Positions 29,541-40,479 of a stretch of DNA of 64,000 nucleotides are shown here, one piece after another. The DNA lies in the IMG/VR virus record IMGVR_UViG_3300043812_000026; one strand, written 5' to 3'. Positions within the stretch are counted from its first letter, which is position 1; the number at the start of each line of letters is the position of its first letter. The notes beneath the pieces were generated by a model. The model did no database searches. It saw only the letters and a list, made by a program, of their open reading frames with translations, and was not told the origin of the DNA. The DNA is from a virus. Its lineage: Duplodnaviria; Caudoviricetes. Both the position numbers and the translations under genes were made by a program.

Positions 29541-30673
29541 AGTTTTAAACCACCTTTTGTTAAACTTTCCTTTATATCCTTATAATTATCACAAGTATAA
29601 GGGATCTCAATTAAGTTATACCCGTTAGCTTTTGCATAGTCACGCTTTAATTTATCATGATACTGCTGTTTCTTAAATTGTTCTTTTCCACCAAAATGAT
29701 CAATAGGCTCATAGTGTTGCAATCCTTGGTATTCAATTAGTACCCTCTGATCATCTACACAAAAGTCATAATGCAAAGGAAAACCACCAACGCCTAATAA
29801 GTCACTAAACTTCTTAGGATGCTCATAAGATATAGTACTATCATTTAAAATATTATTAATTATAAGTTCTCCATGCGGGGTATTGCACATAGGGCAACCA
29901 CCTTTTTTAGATAGCATCCAATTAGGCTTTGTTCCCCAAACATATCCACACCTATGTTTGAGCATTATTTTCTTTTTTGCTCCACGATAAGGACTGACTA
30001 CTGTATAAACTCCTCTTCCATATATTTCATTCAATTCTCTTTGAAATTCCTTAGTAGTCTTTTTAGGGGTCTTAAAGCAATAAGGACATCTCTGCCCTCT
30101 CATTATATTCATAGGTCTAACTGTATAAGTATGATGACAAATATTGTGTCTAACTAATATAGGTGTATGAGAATTAACATACTCCCCTAAAACAGTATAG
30201 TCATTTCCATATATTTTACTAATCCTATCCTTAAACTCGTCTGTAGTTAATCTTACATTATGTGCACAATATTTACAACGACTACCATTTAGAAAGGAGT
30301 TTGGTTTCATTTGTAATACATGACCACAAACCTTATGTTTAATCAAAATAGGTGTTTGAGAATTAACATAAGGTTCTAATACAGAGTATTCGTCACCAAC
30401 TAAATATTTAACACGTTTTATAAACTCATCATTAGACATACACCTCTTATTTGCTACTTCTTTCCTACGACACTTAGGGCATCTACGACCATTTAAAAAG
30501 CTATCGGGAACAACTCTATACACATTACCACAAACATTATGACGTACTAATAACTTAGTTCTATTATTCTTATAAGGCTCAAGAAAAGTATAATCATCAC
30601 CTACTAATTCTTTAACCTGTTTAACAAATTCTTCATTAGTTTTTCTTCTAGTCATTAATATCAACTCCTTCAT
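29537..30673 (-). CDS. free-standing zinc-ribbon/EDxHD-type endonuclease
   Basis: 4 Zn repeats + LHYDF..IEYQGLQH..HDKLK; ATGA overlap with the Mom-HNH gene. Confidence 0.8.
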   Translation of the reverse strand: MKELILMTRRKTNEEFVKQVKELVGDDYTFLEPYKNNRTKLLVRHNVCGNVYRVVPDSFLNGRRCPKCRRKEVANKRCMSNDEFIKRVKYLVGDEYSVLEPYVNSQTPILIKHKVCGHVLQMKPNSFLNGSRCKYCAHNVRLTTDEFKDRISKIYGNDYTVLGEYVNSHTPILVRHNICHHTYTVRPMNIMRGQRCPYCFKTPKKTTKEFQRELNEIYGRGVYTVVSPYRGAKKKIMLKHRCGYVWGTKPNWMLSKKGGCPMCNTPHGELIINNILNDSTISYEHPKKFSDLLGVGGFPLHYDFCVDDQRVLIEYQGLQHYEPIDHFGGKEQFKKQQYHDKLKRDYAKANGYNLIEIPYTCDNYKDIKESLTKGGLKL

Positions 30674-30774
30674 TTATGATTATAGCACAATTAGTAGAAG
30701 TAGTCATAACAAAATTATAAAAAAAAAATAAGAGCAAGAAATTAATCTTACTCTTACATAAATTATTTTATAGA

Positions 30775-32295
30775 CTAGTCAATTACACTGGAAGGAATTG
30801 ACTTAGCTGTTGAGTTGTATAATGTGTTATGGAGCAAAGCTACCCGCTTAGGGAAGATCAAAGCTAAACTCCCAAACCACAAATATGCCACGTTGGTTGC
30901 CGTTGTAGTAATTGCTAATGGGAACTTAGTGATTGGCGCAAATTCGAGATAACGTAATGTAGTAGGACGATTTTCAATAATGAATACGTCACCAGTACCA
31001 GGAATAGTTTCGTTGTTATCTTCGAATACGATAGTACCATCACCAGCCATCTTAGAAATAGCTACACGACCTACAAGCCAGAATTGGTCATCACCAGGAA
31101 CATCTGACTTACGATAGATTGCAACATAATCGGGAACGTTAGCAACCATACGGTTAAGAGTTGCAGTAATCTTAACAGTATCAGTAGGGTTCGTAACTTT
31201 AACCTTAACTTCATCTGATGGTAATGAATCTTGTTGACCTACAGCAACTACACGGTATGTTAAGTTAACACCAACAGACTTATTAAGAACAACCTTACCG
31301 TCTTTGTCCTTCTTGTCGTCTGCCATAAACATACCATTGTCACCAGTAACAACTTCTGCCTTAACAGTTGGAGCTACTGGAGCGTCTTGGTCTACAGCAC
31401 CGTCCATATCAAGCTTCTTATCAAGGTCCATAATAGTTGAACCATGAAGAGCAATATTACCACGAGCTGAAATGAACCGTTGAATATCAAGACCAACTTG
31501 CATACCAGCACCAGCTGAGTTAGGTTGTAAGATACGTTGTGCACCAAGGTGTTCGTTAACGAAATCAGCCTTAATACCTACCGGCATATAAGCATCAGTT
31601 GGTGTACCATAACCTTGAGCAATCTTAACAGCGGCTAAGTTAAGTGCTTGTGGTGTAAGGGAAGAACCACGCATATCAATCTTGTTGTGTTCGTCCATAA
31701 GCTTTTCAAGACCATCAAATTCAAGACCTTCACCGTCTTGTTGAGCCAAGTCTGAGTCACCATAGAAAGTAGCATATTCAATAGCCTTAGCAATGTTGTT
31801 AATAGCTGAGATTTCCAACAAGATGTTGGTATCAACAGTTGTATTAGCCCATTGCATTGCAAATGAACTACCCTTAGTATCTACAAGGAACTTAACGTTA
31901 ACAGTCTTTTGCCGTGCATGAGGTTCGTTAGAACGAAGCTTAGCAATTTCTGGTTGGAACATTTGGTGTCCTGTACGACCATGTGAGTAGTAAACAGTAT
32001 ACTTTTGAACAGTTTGGTTAACAGGTACCTTAGCGAGATCCTTATAGATTGTATAATCTTCGTCTCCATAAGTAGAGATGTTAAGAGTAGGATCTAATGC
32101 TTCCATACGGTAAGCGGCACCATCTGGTTGTGTTTCTGGCGTAATACCAGTACCAGCAGTAAAGGCTTTAACAACCCGGTCTGCCTTATCATTGTTTAAA
32201 GACTTATTTAACTTGTCTTCTTGATCTTGTTTAAAAACAGACTTTACTACAGTCTTTTCTTTTAGTAATTCTGGCAAAATTTTCATCCTTTCCAT
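30775..32295 (-). CDS. major capsid protein
   Basis: KAFTAGTGITPETQ, IAKAIEYATFYGDSDL..GLEFDGL, GYGTPTDAYMP Twort-like MCP motifs. Confidence 0.95.
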   Translation of the reverse strand: MERMKILPELLKEKTVVKSVFKQDQEDKLNKSLNNDKADRVVKAFTAGTGITPETQPDGAAYRMEALDPTLNISTYGDEDYTIYKDLAKVPVNQTVQKYTVYYSHGRTGHQMFQPEIAKLRSNEPHARQKTVNVKFLVDTKGSSFAMQWANTTVDTNILLEISAINNIAKAIEYATFYGDSDLAQQDGEGLEFDGLEKLMDEHNKIDMRGSSLTPQALNLAAVKIAQGYGTPTDAYMPVGIKADFVNEHLGAQRILQPNSAGAGMQVGLDIQRFISARGNIALHGSTIMDLDKKLDMDGAVDQDAPVAPTVKAEVVTGDNGMFMADDKKDKDGKVVLNKSVGVNLTYRVVAVGQQDSLPSDEVKVKVTNPTDTVKITATLNRMVANVPDYVAIYRKSDVPGDDQFWLVGRVAISKMAGDGTIVFEDNNETIPGTGDVFIIENRPTTLRYLEFAPITKFPLAITTTATNVAYLWFGSLALIFPKRVALLHNTLYNSTAKSIPSSVID

Positions 32296-32317
32296 TTTAC
32301 CATTCGTTGTCTATATC

Positions 32318-32324
32318 TAATATA
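32318..32324 (-). promoter_or_regulatory. late promoter motif TATATTA (representative instance)
   Basis: Same heptamer lies just upstream of 13 structural/lysis gene starts. Confidence 0.7.
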
Positions 32325-32352
32325 GACATAAGTATGGTTTTTTAATTAAAAA

Positions 32353-33426
32353 CTAAATTTCGTTATATCTTTCAATAAAACTATCGGGAACTGTAGTACC
32401 TTTAAGTCCTCGAGTATCAGCTAAAAGACTCTTTAAGGCTTGCTTACGTTCCAAGTTAATACCACTTTGTACACCGTCAAAGCCAAGTAAAGACTTAGCA
32501 ATTACATTTTCAAGGGCTTCCTTAGTAACACCGTCTTCTTGAGGTGCTTCTACAGACTTAGCAACTGTATCGTCCTTAGCTTCTTCTGCACCCGTAGCAA
32601 CTGCCTTACCAGTAGGGATTGACTTTTCAGCCTTATCTTCTTCTGCTGGTTCCTCTACTGACTTTTCAGCTTCATCAGCATTATCAGCAGGTTCTTCTAC
32701 AGACTTCTTAGCCTTGTCTTCCTTATCATCTTTAGCTTCATCATCTGTATCTGGTTCTTGGTCATCATCAGCAGACTTAGCTGTCTTATCCTTTTTATCA
32801 GCAGATTCTTCAACATCAGCACCGTCTCCACACTTTTCAGTTTGAGACTTTTCTACTGACTTTTCAGCTTGATCTTCAATAGGTGCTTGCTTAGCCAAGA
32901 ATGACTTAGCAATTTCCATAGAAGCTTCTGCCAATTCCTTGTAAGACTTTTGCATTTCAGCCATAGTATCAACAGACTTAGTTAAAGCGTCAATAACAGC
33001 TTTAGTATCAAATGACTTAGAAGCTTCTTCATGACCCTTAGGATCATCAACATTAGTTAATTCTTTATGTTGCTTAGCCTTAGCTTCTTCAGTCTTAGCG
33101 TCTGTATTCTTTTCTACAGCAGGTTCGTCTTCTGATTTTTCAGCTTCATCAACAGACTTAGTTGCCTTATCCTTTTTATCAGCAGATTCTTCTACATCAT
33201 CGTCATCGTCAACGTCCTTAGTTACTTTTTCATTATCATCTGAAATAGTAGCTTGGTTAACGTTCTTTTCAGCTTCCTCAGTAGACTTAGTTGCTTCTTC
33301 CTGTGCTTTTACATCTGGATCAGTCTTTTCAACTTCAGCAGACTTTTCTACTGTGTCTTCTGTAGACGCTAATGACTTACGAGCTTTATCAATAGCGTCC
33401 ATAGCATTCTTTAATTTATCAGGCAA
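32353..33426 (-). CDS. scaffold-like acidic protein
   Basis: Between protease and MCP; low complexity, many EKS/TKS motifs. Confidence 0.75.
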   Translation of the reverse strand: MPDKLKNAMDAIDKARKSLASTEDTVEKSAEVEKTDPDVKAQEEATKSTEEAEKNVNQATISDDNEKVTKDVDDDDDVEESADKKDKATKSVDEAEKSEDEPAVEKNTDAKTEEAKAKQHKELTNVDDPKGHEEASKSFDTKAVIDALTKSVDTMAEMQKSYKELAEASMEIAKSFLAKQAPIEDQAEKSVEKSQTEKCGDGADVEESADKKDKTAKSADDDQEPDTDDEAKDDKEDKAKKSVEEPADNADEAEKSVEEPAEEDKAEKSIPTGKAVATGAEEAKDDTVAKSVEAPQEDGVTKEALENVIAKSLLGFDGVQSGINLERKQALKSLLADTRGLKGTTVPDSFIERYNEI

Positions 33427-33438
33427 AATTAATCCTCC

Positions 33439-34350
33439 TTAATCATCAGTGATACCATCTGCACCACTTAAAATTCTTTCCAATCGACTAGTAGTTAGGT
33501 TATTAGTATTAATTGCATGAACCACAGCTTGTGAATCATTATAAGAAAGACCTTCGAACAATTGTAAGAATAAAATCATTACATCGTCCCCAGAATCCTT
33601 ATGAGCTAAAATATCAGCTACTGAATTAGCAACTGGTCTTAACCCAATCTTACGAGCCTGCTTCATGTTTTCAGCTAAACTAACCAATTGACCAGAAAGA
33701 GCTTCTGTTCTAAAGGCTCCACCATCATTCTGGGTACTAGGAGTAATTCCATGACCGGCGGTTAGAGCTTTATTTGTCTTATCTAATTTTACAGTCATAC
33801 TTAACATTGGCTTAGAATCTGTAGTATCTGCCTCTTCAACAGGCTTATCTTCGCCTAAACCAAAAATAGACTTTGAAACCAATTCCCAAGTAGCATGAGT
33901 ATTAGCTGGATTCTTAGTTACAGCTACACCAGTGATTTGAACCTGTCTAATAATAGAATCATCACTAGCGTCCCGTTCTAAAACATTACCCTCAATCGAA
34001 AAGCCAAGTTGTCGATCAATATGGTTATCTTTAATATTATGGTAAAGCTTAATAATATCTTGTACCTGTGGCATATTCTTGAAAAGTTTAGCTTCAAGGA
34101 ACAAACCTTTAGAGTCTACGTATGTATTTTCTGTTGGTACACCAATTACTTGATCACGATCGTGTTCATAATCGATCCAGCCGTCACTTAGTAGATAACT
34201 TGCGTCTATTCCTTGGGGATCTATCTGCTCCTGCTGTAGGTCTCTATCTGATGTGGAAGCCATCCCAGAAATTGTATAAGTAGCTTCGTCACCTTCACCA
34301 GACTTTTCTACTTTATCAATTGGTAAGAATACATCAAAATTCTTTTTCAA
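33439..34350 (-). CDS. prohead protease
   Basis: GMAST..DLQ..GID..GWIDYEH, LGFSIEG, VAVTKNPAN..ATW. Confidence 0.9.
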   Translation of the reverse strand: MKKNFDVFLPIDKVEKSGEGDEATYTISGMASTSDRDLQQEQIDPQGIDASYLLSDGWIDYEHDRDQVIGVPTENTYVDSKGLFLEAKLFKNMPQVQDIIKLYHNIKDNHIDRQLGFSIEGNVLERDASDDSIIRQVQITGVAVTKNPANTHATWELVSKSIFGLGEDKPVEEADTTDSKPMLSMTVKLDKTNKALTAGHGITPSTQNDGGAFRTEALSGQLVSLAENMKQARKIGLRPVANSVADILAHKDSGDDVMILFLQLFEGLSYNDSQAVVHAINTNNLTTSRLERILSGADGITDD

Positions 34351-34417
34351 CTTTAGATCTCACCACCCGTCTACTTAGAATACATAAACTTTTCTGTTTA
34401 ATAATATAGGAAACTAG

Positions 34418-36007
34418 CTAATCTGTATTACCTACATTAGTCTCCTCTGGACTCTTAAGATCTTGTTTATTAGGATCTTCCTTAGCGTCTGGTTTCTTAT
34501 CTAATGACTGCTCATGTCCCGGCTTATAATCATTTTGATGTTGTTGTTCTGCATTAGCTTCTGGATTCATCTTATCTTGAATAGCTAACCATTGAATAAG
34601 GTTATCAGAGTTACCCGGAATATCTGGTATATCAAGCTTAGGTAAATGCATCAATGCTCTCGACTCATTTATGGTTAATCCATTCTTAAGTTTTAATGCT
34701 AACTCATCTTGTAGTTGTTTCTCTTTACCTTGATCGCTTGGACTAAAGACAAACATATAATCGGATTCAACATAGCGTAAGATCTTATCAGTCATTAGAC
34801 GTTCAATGTACTTCATAACAGGTTCTAACCCATTATTACGTGAAGCGTCCATTTTGGTTCTAGTAGTATTACCCTCATTTAAGGTACTACCACCAGTCTT
34901 ACCATTAGCTCCCCCACGATTAGGAAAGTTAATCTCGTCTGGTTGGATATTAAAATCAGCACAAATAATATTATTAAGATAATTAAGAAAATTAACAAAT
35001 TCCATATCCTTAGAGGATTGTGTCATATTGACATACTTTGCATCATGTGCTTGAATAATTGGAATTTTCCACGAACCATTGATTCCTTGTGCTGGAGTTA
35101 AATTACGTCTTAATGCGTCTAAGTTAGACTGAGAAGTACCAGAACCGTCACCCGGATCTAAAAGCAACAGACCACGAGTCATACCACCTTGACTAAAGAA
35201 ACGAGCATTAAATTGCTCAACATTAATATGGTACTGAATATGTTCCATACCTGCTTCAACAGGTGAAAAACCATACCCACCAGAATAAGGCTTATCTTGA
35301 CTCCAATAAGTAGAAAATACTAGCTCCTTACTATTAAAATAAATTCTATCTTTATCACTAGCATTACTGTTAACTACCTGCACAAAGGATTTAGGTTTAT
35401 CAATACTAGTAGGGTATTTATCAATTAAAACCGTAGAAGCGTCTACATGGTTAAAATGATTTAATTTATTAGATCTTTTACTTTCATAAACCCGTTCAAT
35501 ATTAACTTGGTCAAACACATAAAAATCATAAATAATCTTAGCTAAGAAAGTTGGGAAATCATCACGCCAGTCTAATTGGTCCTTACCAGTATAAAAGATA
35601 AAGTCCTCTAGCTTTTTAGCAACATTTTTTTCATGTGTTGTCATATCACTAAGTTGCTTGCCTTTTTTAACAACTCTAAACCCATTACCGTCATTAGATA
35701 AACGGGCAGGAGTAGCAAAGTTTAAGATCTGATTAGTTCTAGTTCTAATAATTGCTTGAACTAATAGATCATCTGCATAAGCTCTTAGTTGGTCTTTCTT
35801 TCTTAAATAATAATCTTGGTTAATCTTTTCTCGCTGGGGGTTTTGGCGATTGTGACTATCTGCACCAATTTGAATATAAGCATTATCAACCCGCTGGTCT
35901 GATCTACCAGCTCTAAAGCTTTTAGCAATTTCTTGCTTATTCAACTGTTCAAGATCAATGTAATCATCAGCATTCTCAGAGCCAAACCAGCGATCTAAAA
36001 AACTCAT
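34418..36007 (-). CDS. portal protein
   Basis: AIIRTRTNQ, FNARFFSQGGMTRGLL, GINGSWKIP, DMEF..LNYL, EINFPNRGG. Confidence 0.95.
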   Translation of the reverse strand: MSFLDRWFGSENADDYIDLEQLNKQEIAKSFRAGRSDQRVDNAYIQIGADSHNRQNPQREKINQDYYLRKKDQLRAYADDLLVQAIIRTRTNQILNFATPARLSNDGNGFRVVKKGKQLSDMTTHEKNVAKKLEDFIFYTGKDQLDWRDDFPTFLAKIIYDFYVFDQVNIERVYESKRSNKLNHFNHVDASTVLIDKYPTSIDKPKSFVQVVNSNASDKDRIYFNSKELVFSTYWSQDKPYSGGYGFSPVEAGMEHIQYHINVEQFNARFFSQGGMTRGLLLLDPGDGSGTSQSNLDALRRNLTPAQGINGSWKIPIIQAHDAKYVNMTQSSKDMEFVNFLNYLNNIICADFNIQPDEINFPNRGGANGKTGGSTLNEGNTTRTKMDASRNNGLEPVMKYIERLMTDKILRYVESDYMFVFSPSDQGKEKQLQDELALKLKNGLTINESRALMHLPKLDIPDIPGNSDNLIQWLAIQDKMNPEANAEQQHQNDYKPGHEQSLDKKPDAKEDPNKQDLKSPEETNVGNTD

Positions 36008-36121
36008 ATAATCTTCACCCCTTTATTTAAAATATACATTAAAGCACCTACAATTCTCTTTATAATATAGCTGAAAAAGACCCCTACTAGCTTTTTACAC
36101 TAGTAGAGGTCTTCTACTTAA

Positions 36122-39100
36122 TTAGAACTCCGTTTCGTTCTTAATCTCATATTCACGTTGTATATCAGTCTGTTCTGGGGTAAAGATGTCATTATCAAGA
36201 TAATCAATCTGTGTAGACTTTCTACGCTTCATAGCGTCCTCTTTCATTAACTTATCAAGCCCCACCATTGCATAAACACTTGCTTGTGCTGAATGATCAC
36301 CATCTTTACGAGTAATAATTTGAACTTGTTGTATAGTGTGGGTTTGCTTATCTTCTCTATCATCAGTACGGATAATAATATTCTTCCAATGAGTAATAAA
36401 TAACTTAATCATTGGGTCATTTTGAGATCCTTGGTAGAAATGAATATCACCCCGTCTCAAATTACCCATCATAATTTCATTTTGTGCTAACTTATCAATT
36501 AAAACAGAATTATCAGAGTCATTAAAATGAGCTACAAAATCCCCCTTAGAAAGAGCAGAATTTACTCGTACCCCATAAACACGTTGAATTCCATAATAAG
36601 CCATTAATTTTTGATTATAGGAACCAGAATCAACTTAGAAATACATTTCTGTACACAACCTAAGCTAGATTATATCTTAATGATACAAAATAGTATCATC
36701 ACTACTATTGTTAATTATCTTAACTATATATGTCTTAATATCCTTATAAGTATTAATTCTATAAGGTATTCTAATAAGTTTTATACCTGCTTTCTCACAA
36801 AAAGAGTCCTTAATTTTATCATGTATTATACCAGTTTTACTATAAAATAAACTTTTATTTTTATAGTGTTGAACACCATCATACTCAATACATAAATTGT
36901 AATCAGGTAAATAAAAGTCAAAAGGTAGCATCCGTTTATCTATACAGCCACTAAAAGTTTTTTGATAATCATACTTAATTCCTAAGGATTCTAATATCTC
37001 TAATATTAGAACTTCACCTCTTGAACTGTTATGACAAAAGTAACAACCTATATGCTTATCAACTATCTGTCTAAGAGATAAATATATAATATGATTACAC
37101 TTTTTATGCTTTATTCTCATTTTAGTATGATCATCTTTATAATTATCTATTCTTATATACGTATTTCCAAGAATATCAAGTATTAGTTGATCTACCTTTT
37201 TATTATCATATGTTTTATGTATCTTTCTTAGATACCTAGCACACTTAGGACATCTTCTACCTTGTATAAATTTTGTAATATTTACTCTATAAGTAAATTT
37301 TCCTCCATCTATACAATGATTATGAGTAATTACAATTTTATGCTTAGTGTCTATTTGTTCAGAATCTATTGTATATTCATCACCAACTAACTTTTGAACC
37401 TTCTGTCTATAGTATTGAGAACCCTTCATACGTCCCTGCCCCTGTCTTCTATGACCACATCTGGGACAACCACAGGAAGAGTTTAATAACTGGTTAGGAG
37501 TAACCTCCCACTCCCCTTTAGAACCATAGTTACAAACTAAACACTGATGTTTTATTTTTACTAAGATACCTTTATAGCTCTCCAGAGGAATAATACTAGG
37601 TTTCTTTTGTTTTAATTCTGAAATATATTGCTTATTAGTACGTTTTGCCAAAGTTTACTTTCACCTCACTTATAGTATAGCAAAGTATAAGTATTCTGAG
37701 GCAAATATAATAGTAAATAATTAAAGCTTAATCGTTAGTCATTTAATTTAGAACGGTTGGTCAACTCTATCCCTAATTACTAGGATTTAGTCTTTCTTAC
37801 TAGCTTATTCTTTATTGTAATTATTATTTAGCTTTACCCGTTTAAGTAGTTTATTTTTCTAAATATTACTATTTAGTGGAGCTATCTGTTAACCCCGAGT
37901 CTGGAAGAATTAAGTCTGGTTGATAAAGATTTAAGTGTCTAACAACTAAATTAAGATCTTCTTCAATATGTTCAACACCTGTAGACTTAGGTACACGGTA
38001 TATATCCATTAAATCAATCCTACCATTAGGACGCATACCTAAAGTAACAATATGATGATAATGTTGTCCCCAGTCAATACCAGAAACCACATACTTATAA
38101 TTATCACGATTATCTGGATGTTTATAATTATTATCTATATGGTAAAGTACATCTTCTTCTCTAAAAGTTGTACCAGAGTCTTGATAAGGCATTCCAAGAT
38201 TGTAATTATAAAAATACTGTTTCGAAGGGCTTCGTAGTTCCTCTTGCTTTAAATGGTCTGCCGTAATCCACGTAGCATTCATTTGTGAAATACTAAAGCC
38301 AGTACGTCTTCCCTTACCCGGCTTCATAGCTACCCATCTACCATTATACCATCTATCAATTGGACGTTTGCATTTTTGGCATACGAACTGAAAAGTACCC
38401 GGTTGAACAACTTTACCTATAGTATCAATACCATCTTTATGGACCTGCTTAATATTTTTATTATAATCCATAACTTGTTCGTAACCACAATGTTGACACT
38501 TATGTACCCAATACCGTTGATCAGACTCCATAAACAATTTGTGAATCCCATACCCTTCAGTTGTTGGGGTAGACCAACGTCTTAAGAGTTTATACTTTGA
38601 AGACTCCATAGACTGAATAGCTGATTGTTCTGCTAAAGGTGATATGCGATCGTACTCATCAAGAGCCGTCACATCAATGTGTAGACCCTCTAGGGAAGCC
38701 CCATTAGAAGCAGTTCTGAATGTTAATTCACTATCCCTAATTTTCATACCCTTCATAGTCATCGTTTTAGGGTCTTTTATTAAAGATCTATAATAACCAT
38801 TTTCAAATTCTGGTCTAATACGTTGTTTATAAAACGTGTCCAACTGACGATACGTAGGAAAGGCATATAAACCAGAAGCACGATCATATGAATGTGTGTC
38901 TAGCCAATAAATCATCATCTCTATACCGACTTCGCTTAGTCCCAGTTGTCGACTTTTTATCACACAAATATCTTGATCATTAGCACTGTTGACTATACCT
39001 ACCTGCCAAGGACGATGACCTAAAGCGTGGGTTGTATCGTAATCTGGTACATTAAAAGTTAATGGCTTACCATTTATCGTATGGTGTTGAAGTAAATAGT

Positions 39101-39212
39101 TACTAGGCTTACTCATACCCAACACATAATTTAATTGGTCAACTGTAATAGAATCTTTAGGACCTAAGTTAAACATCGACCTAGCTAATTTTGTTAATTG
39201 TTTACCATCCAT
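36122..39212 (-). CDS. terL: terminase large subunit, two exons (39212-37892, 36630-36122), 609 aa spliced
   Basis: KSRQLGLSE, LDEYD, WSTPT, SGIDWG; splicing joins PDSG-Y-SGSYNQKLMAYYG in frame. Confidence 0.9.
36631..37891 (-). mobile_element. group I intron in terL carrying a homing endonuclease (1261 nt)
   Basis: Core near-identical to tail tube introns (37730-37850); P1 GGGGU/GCUCC; terminal G; AAGAUAUAAUCU element overlapping the ORF stop. Confidence 0.9.
36677..37651 (-). CDS. intron-encoded zinc-ribbon/EDxHD-type homing endonuclease
   Basis: LPFDFYLP..IEYDGVQH..HDKIKD; 3 Zn repeats. Confidence 0.85.
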   Translation of the reverse strand: MAKRTNKQYISELKQKKPSIIPLESYKGILVKIKHQCLVCNYGSKGEWEVTPNQLLNSSCGCPRCGHRRQGQGRMKGSQYYRQKVQKLVGDEYTIDSEQIDTKHKIVITHNHCIDGGKFTYRVNITKFIQGRRCPKCARYLRKIHKTYDNKKVDQLILDILGNTYIRIDNYKDDHTKMRIKHKKCNHIIYLSLRQIVDKHIGCYFCHNSSRGEVLILEILESLGIKYDYQKTFSGCIDKRMLPFDFYLPDYNLCIEYDGVQHYKNKSLFYSKTGIIHDKIKDSFCEKAGIKLIRIPYRINTYKDIKTYIVKIINNSSDDTILYH

Positions 39213-39225
39213 ACTTTATTCTCCT

Positions 39226-40185
39226 CTATTTAATATCCCACTCTTTTAGAAAATTAACAATTTGTTCATAACTACGGCACAAATAAGGTACACAAACAAG
39301 AGTATAATTGTTATCTACTGCATAATTATATTTCAACATATCATGATATTTTTGCCTCTTAAATCTTTTTTCACCGCCCAGCCAACGAACAGGAAAATAA
39401 TGTTGACCCCCTTGATATTCAATTAAATATTTTAGACTTGGAATATAAAAATCATAGGATAAGGATTGTTTATCTAATAAATCAGAAAAAGTTTTTTGAC
39501 GCTCATAGCCAATACCAATTTTATCTAAATACAAACGAATAAAAGACTCTCCCTTAGGCTCAATATTGCAAAAAGGACATCCGTTATTATAACGAATAAC
39601 ATCATCAAAACGAGCATACCATTTATTACCACAAGTTTTACACTGAACTAAAATCTTCTTATGTGTCCCTTTAAAATCACCTAATATCCTAAGATAGGGA
39701 TTTCTTGAATTTTTAATTCTCTTCTCAGCTTCGTCTTTAGTTAAAACATTACTTTTATGATTCTTATACCAATTTTTGCTTAATACTTTTGACTTACAAT
39801 TAGGACAACGCCTACCTTTTAAAAAATTATTAGGTGTAATCTCCCATACATGACCACACTTATTATGCTTCATCTTTACCTTAACTGAAGCTTTAACATA
39901 TTCACCGATAACTGAATATTCGTCTCCCACCAAAGACTTAACTTGATCCTTAAACCATTTAGTAGTTTTCAGCTTAGTATTAGCTCCACGTTGATGAGAA
40001 CATTTAGGACATCTATGCCCATGATAAAAATTAGCAGGTCTTATTAACCATACATTTCCACATAAATTATGTTGACATTTAATCTTAGTATCAACTCCTT
40101 GGTAAGGATCTAAAAATGTATATTCATTACCTACTAAATTATAAATACGTCGCTTAAATTCATCATTTGTTAATTTTCTACTCAA
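39226..40185 (-). CDS. free-standing zinc-ribbon/EDxHD-type endonuclease
   Basis: LSYDFYIP..IEYQGGQH..HDMLK; immediately upstream of terL. Confidence 0.8.
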   Translation of the reverse strand: MSRKLTNDEFKRRIYNLVGNEYTFLDPYQGVDTKIKCQHNLCGNVWLIRPANFYHGHRCPKCSHQRGANTKLKTTKWFKDQVKSLVGDEYSVIGEYVKASVKVKMKHNKCGHVWEITPNNFLKGRRCPNCKSKVLSKNWYKNHKSNVLTKDEAEKRIKNSRNPYLRILGDFKGTHKKILVQCKTCGNKWYARFDDVIRYNNGCPFCNIEPKGESFIRLYLDKIGIGYERQKTFSDLLDKQSLSYDFYIPSLKYLIEYQGGQHYFPVRWLGGEKRFKRQKYHDMLKYNYAVDNNYTLVCVPYLCRSYEQIVNFLKEWDIK

Positions 40186-40254
40186 TTCAATACACTCCTT
40201 ATATAAGACTATCTTATATAGAGTATATCAAATAAAAGAAAAAGTATCAATAAG

Positions 40255-40473
40255 TTATTTTTCTTCCTCTCTAATTTCTTGTGCTAATCTACTAATCTTT
40301 ACGTCAATAGCAATACTAAGCTGTTCTAAGATCTTCATTTGTTGCTCTTTAGTCAAACCTAAATGCTTATATTTGAGCAAAATCCGATCAATATCGGGCA
40401 AAAACGTCTCAGCACTAGCATTATCAACTACCTTTTGCAATGACTTTTTATAAATTGTTTTTAAACTAATCAG
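40255..40473 (-). CDS. small hypothetical protein
   Basis: Frame extends to CTG 40473 behind RBS AGGTGA; start uncertain. Confidence 0.6.
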   Translation of the reverse strand: MISLKTIYKKSLQKVVDNASAETFLPDIDRILLKYKHLGLTKEQQMKILEQLSIAIDVKISRLAQEIREEEK

Positions 40474-40479
40474 CTATCA

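Noticed and set aside
37869-37891. terL N-fragment ending LTDSSTK* as a separate or truncated gene
   Set aside because: These codons are intron sequence; splicing restores a 609-aa protein
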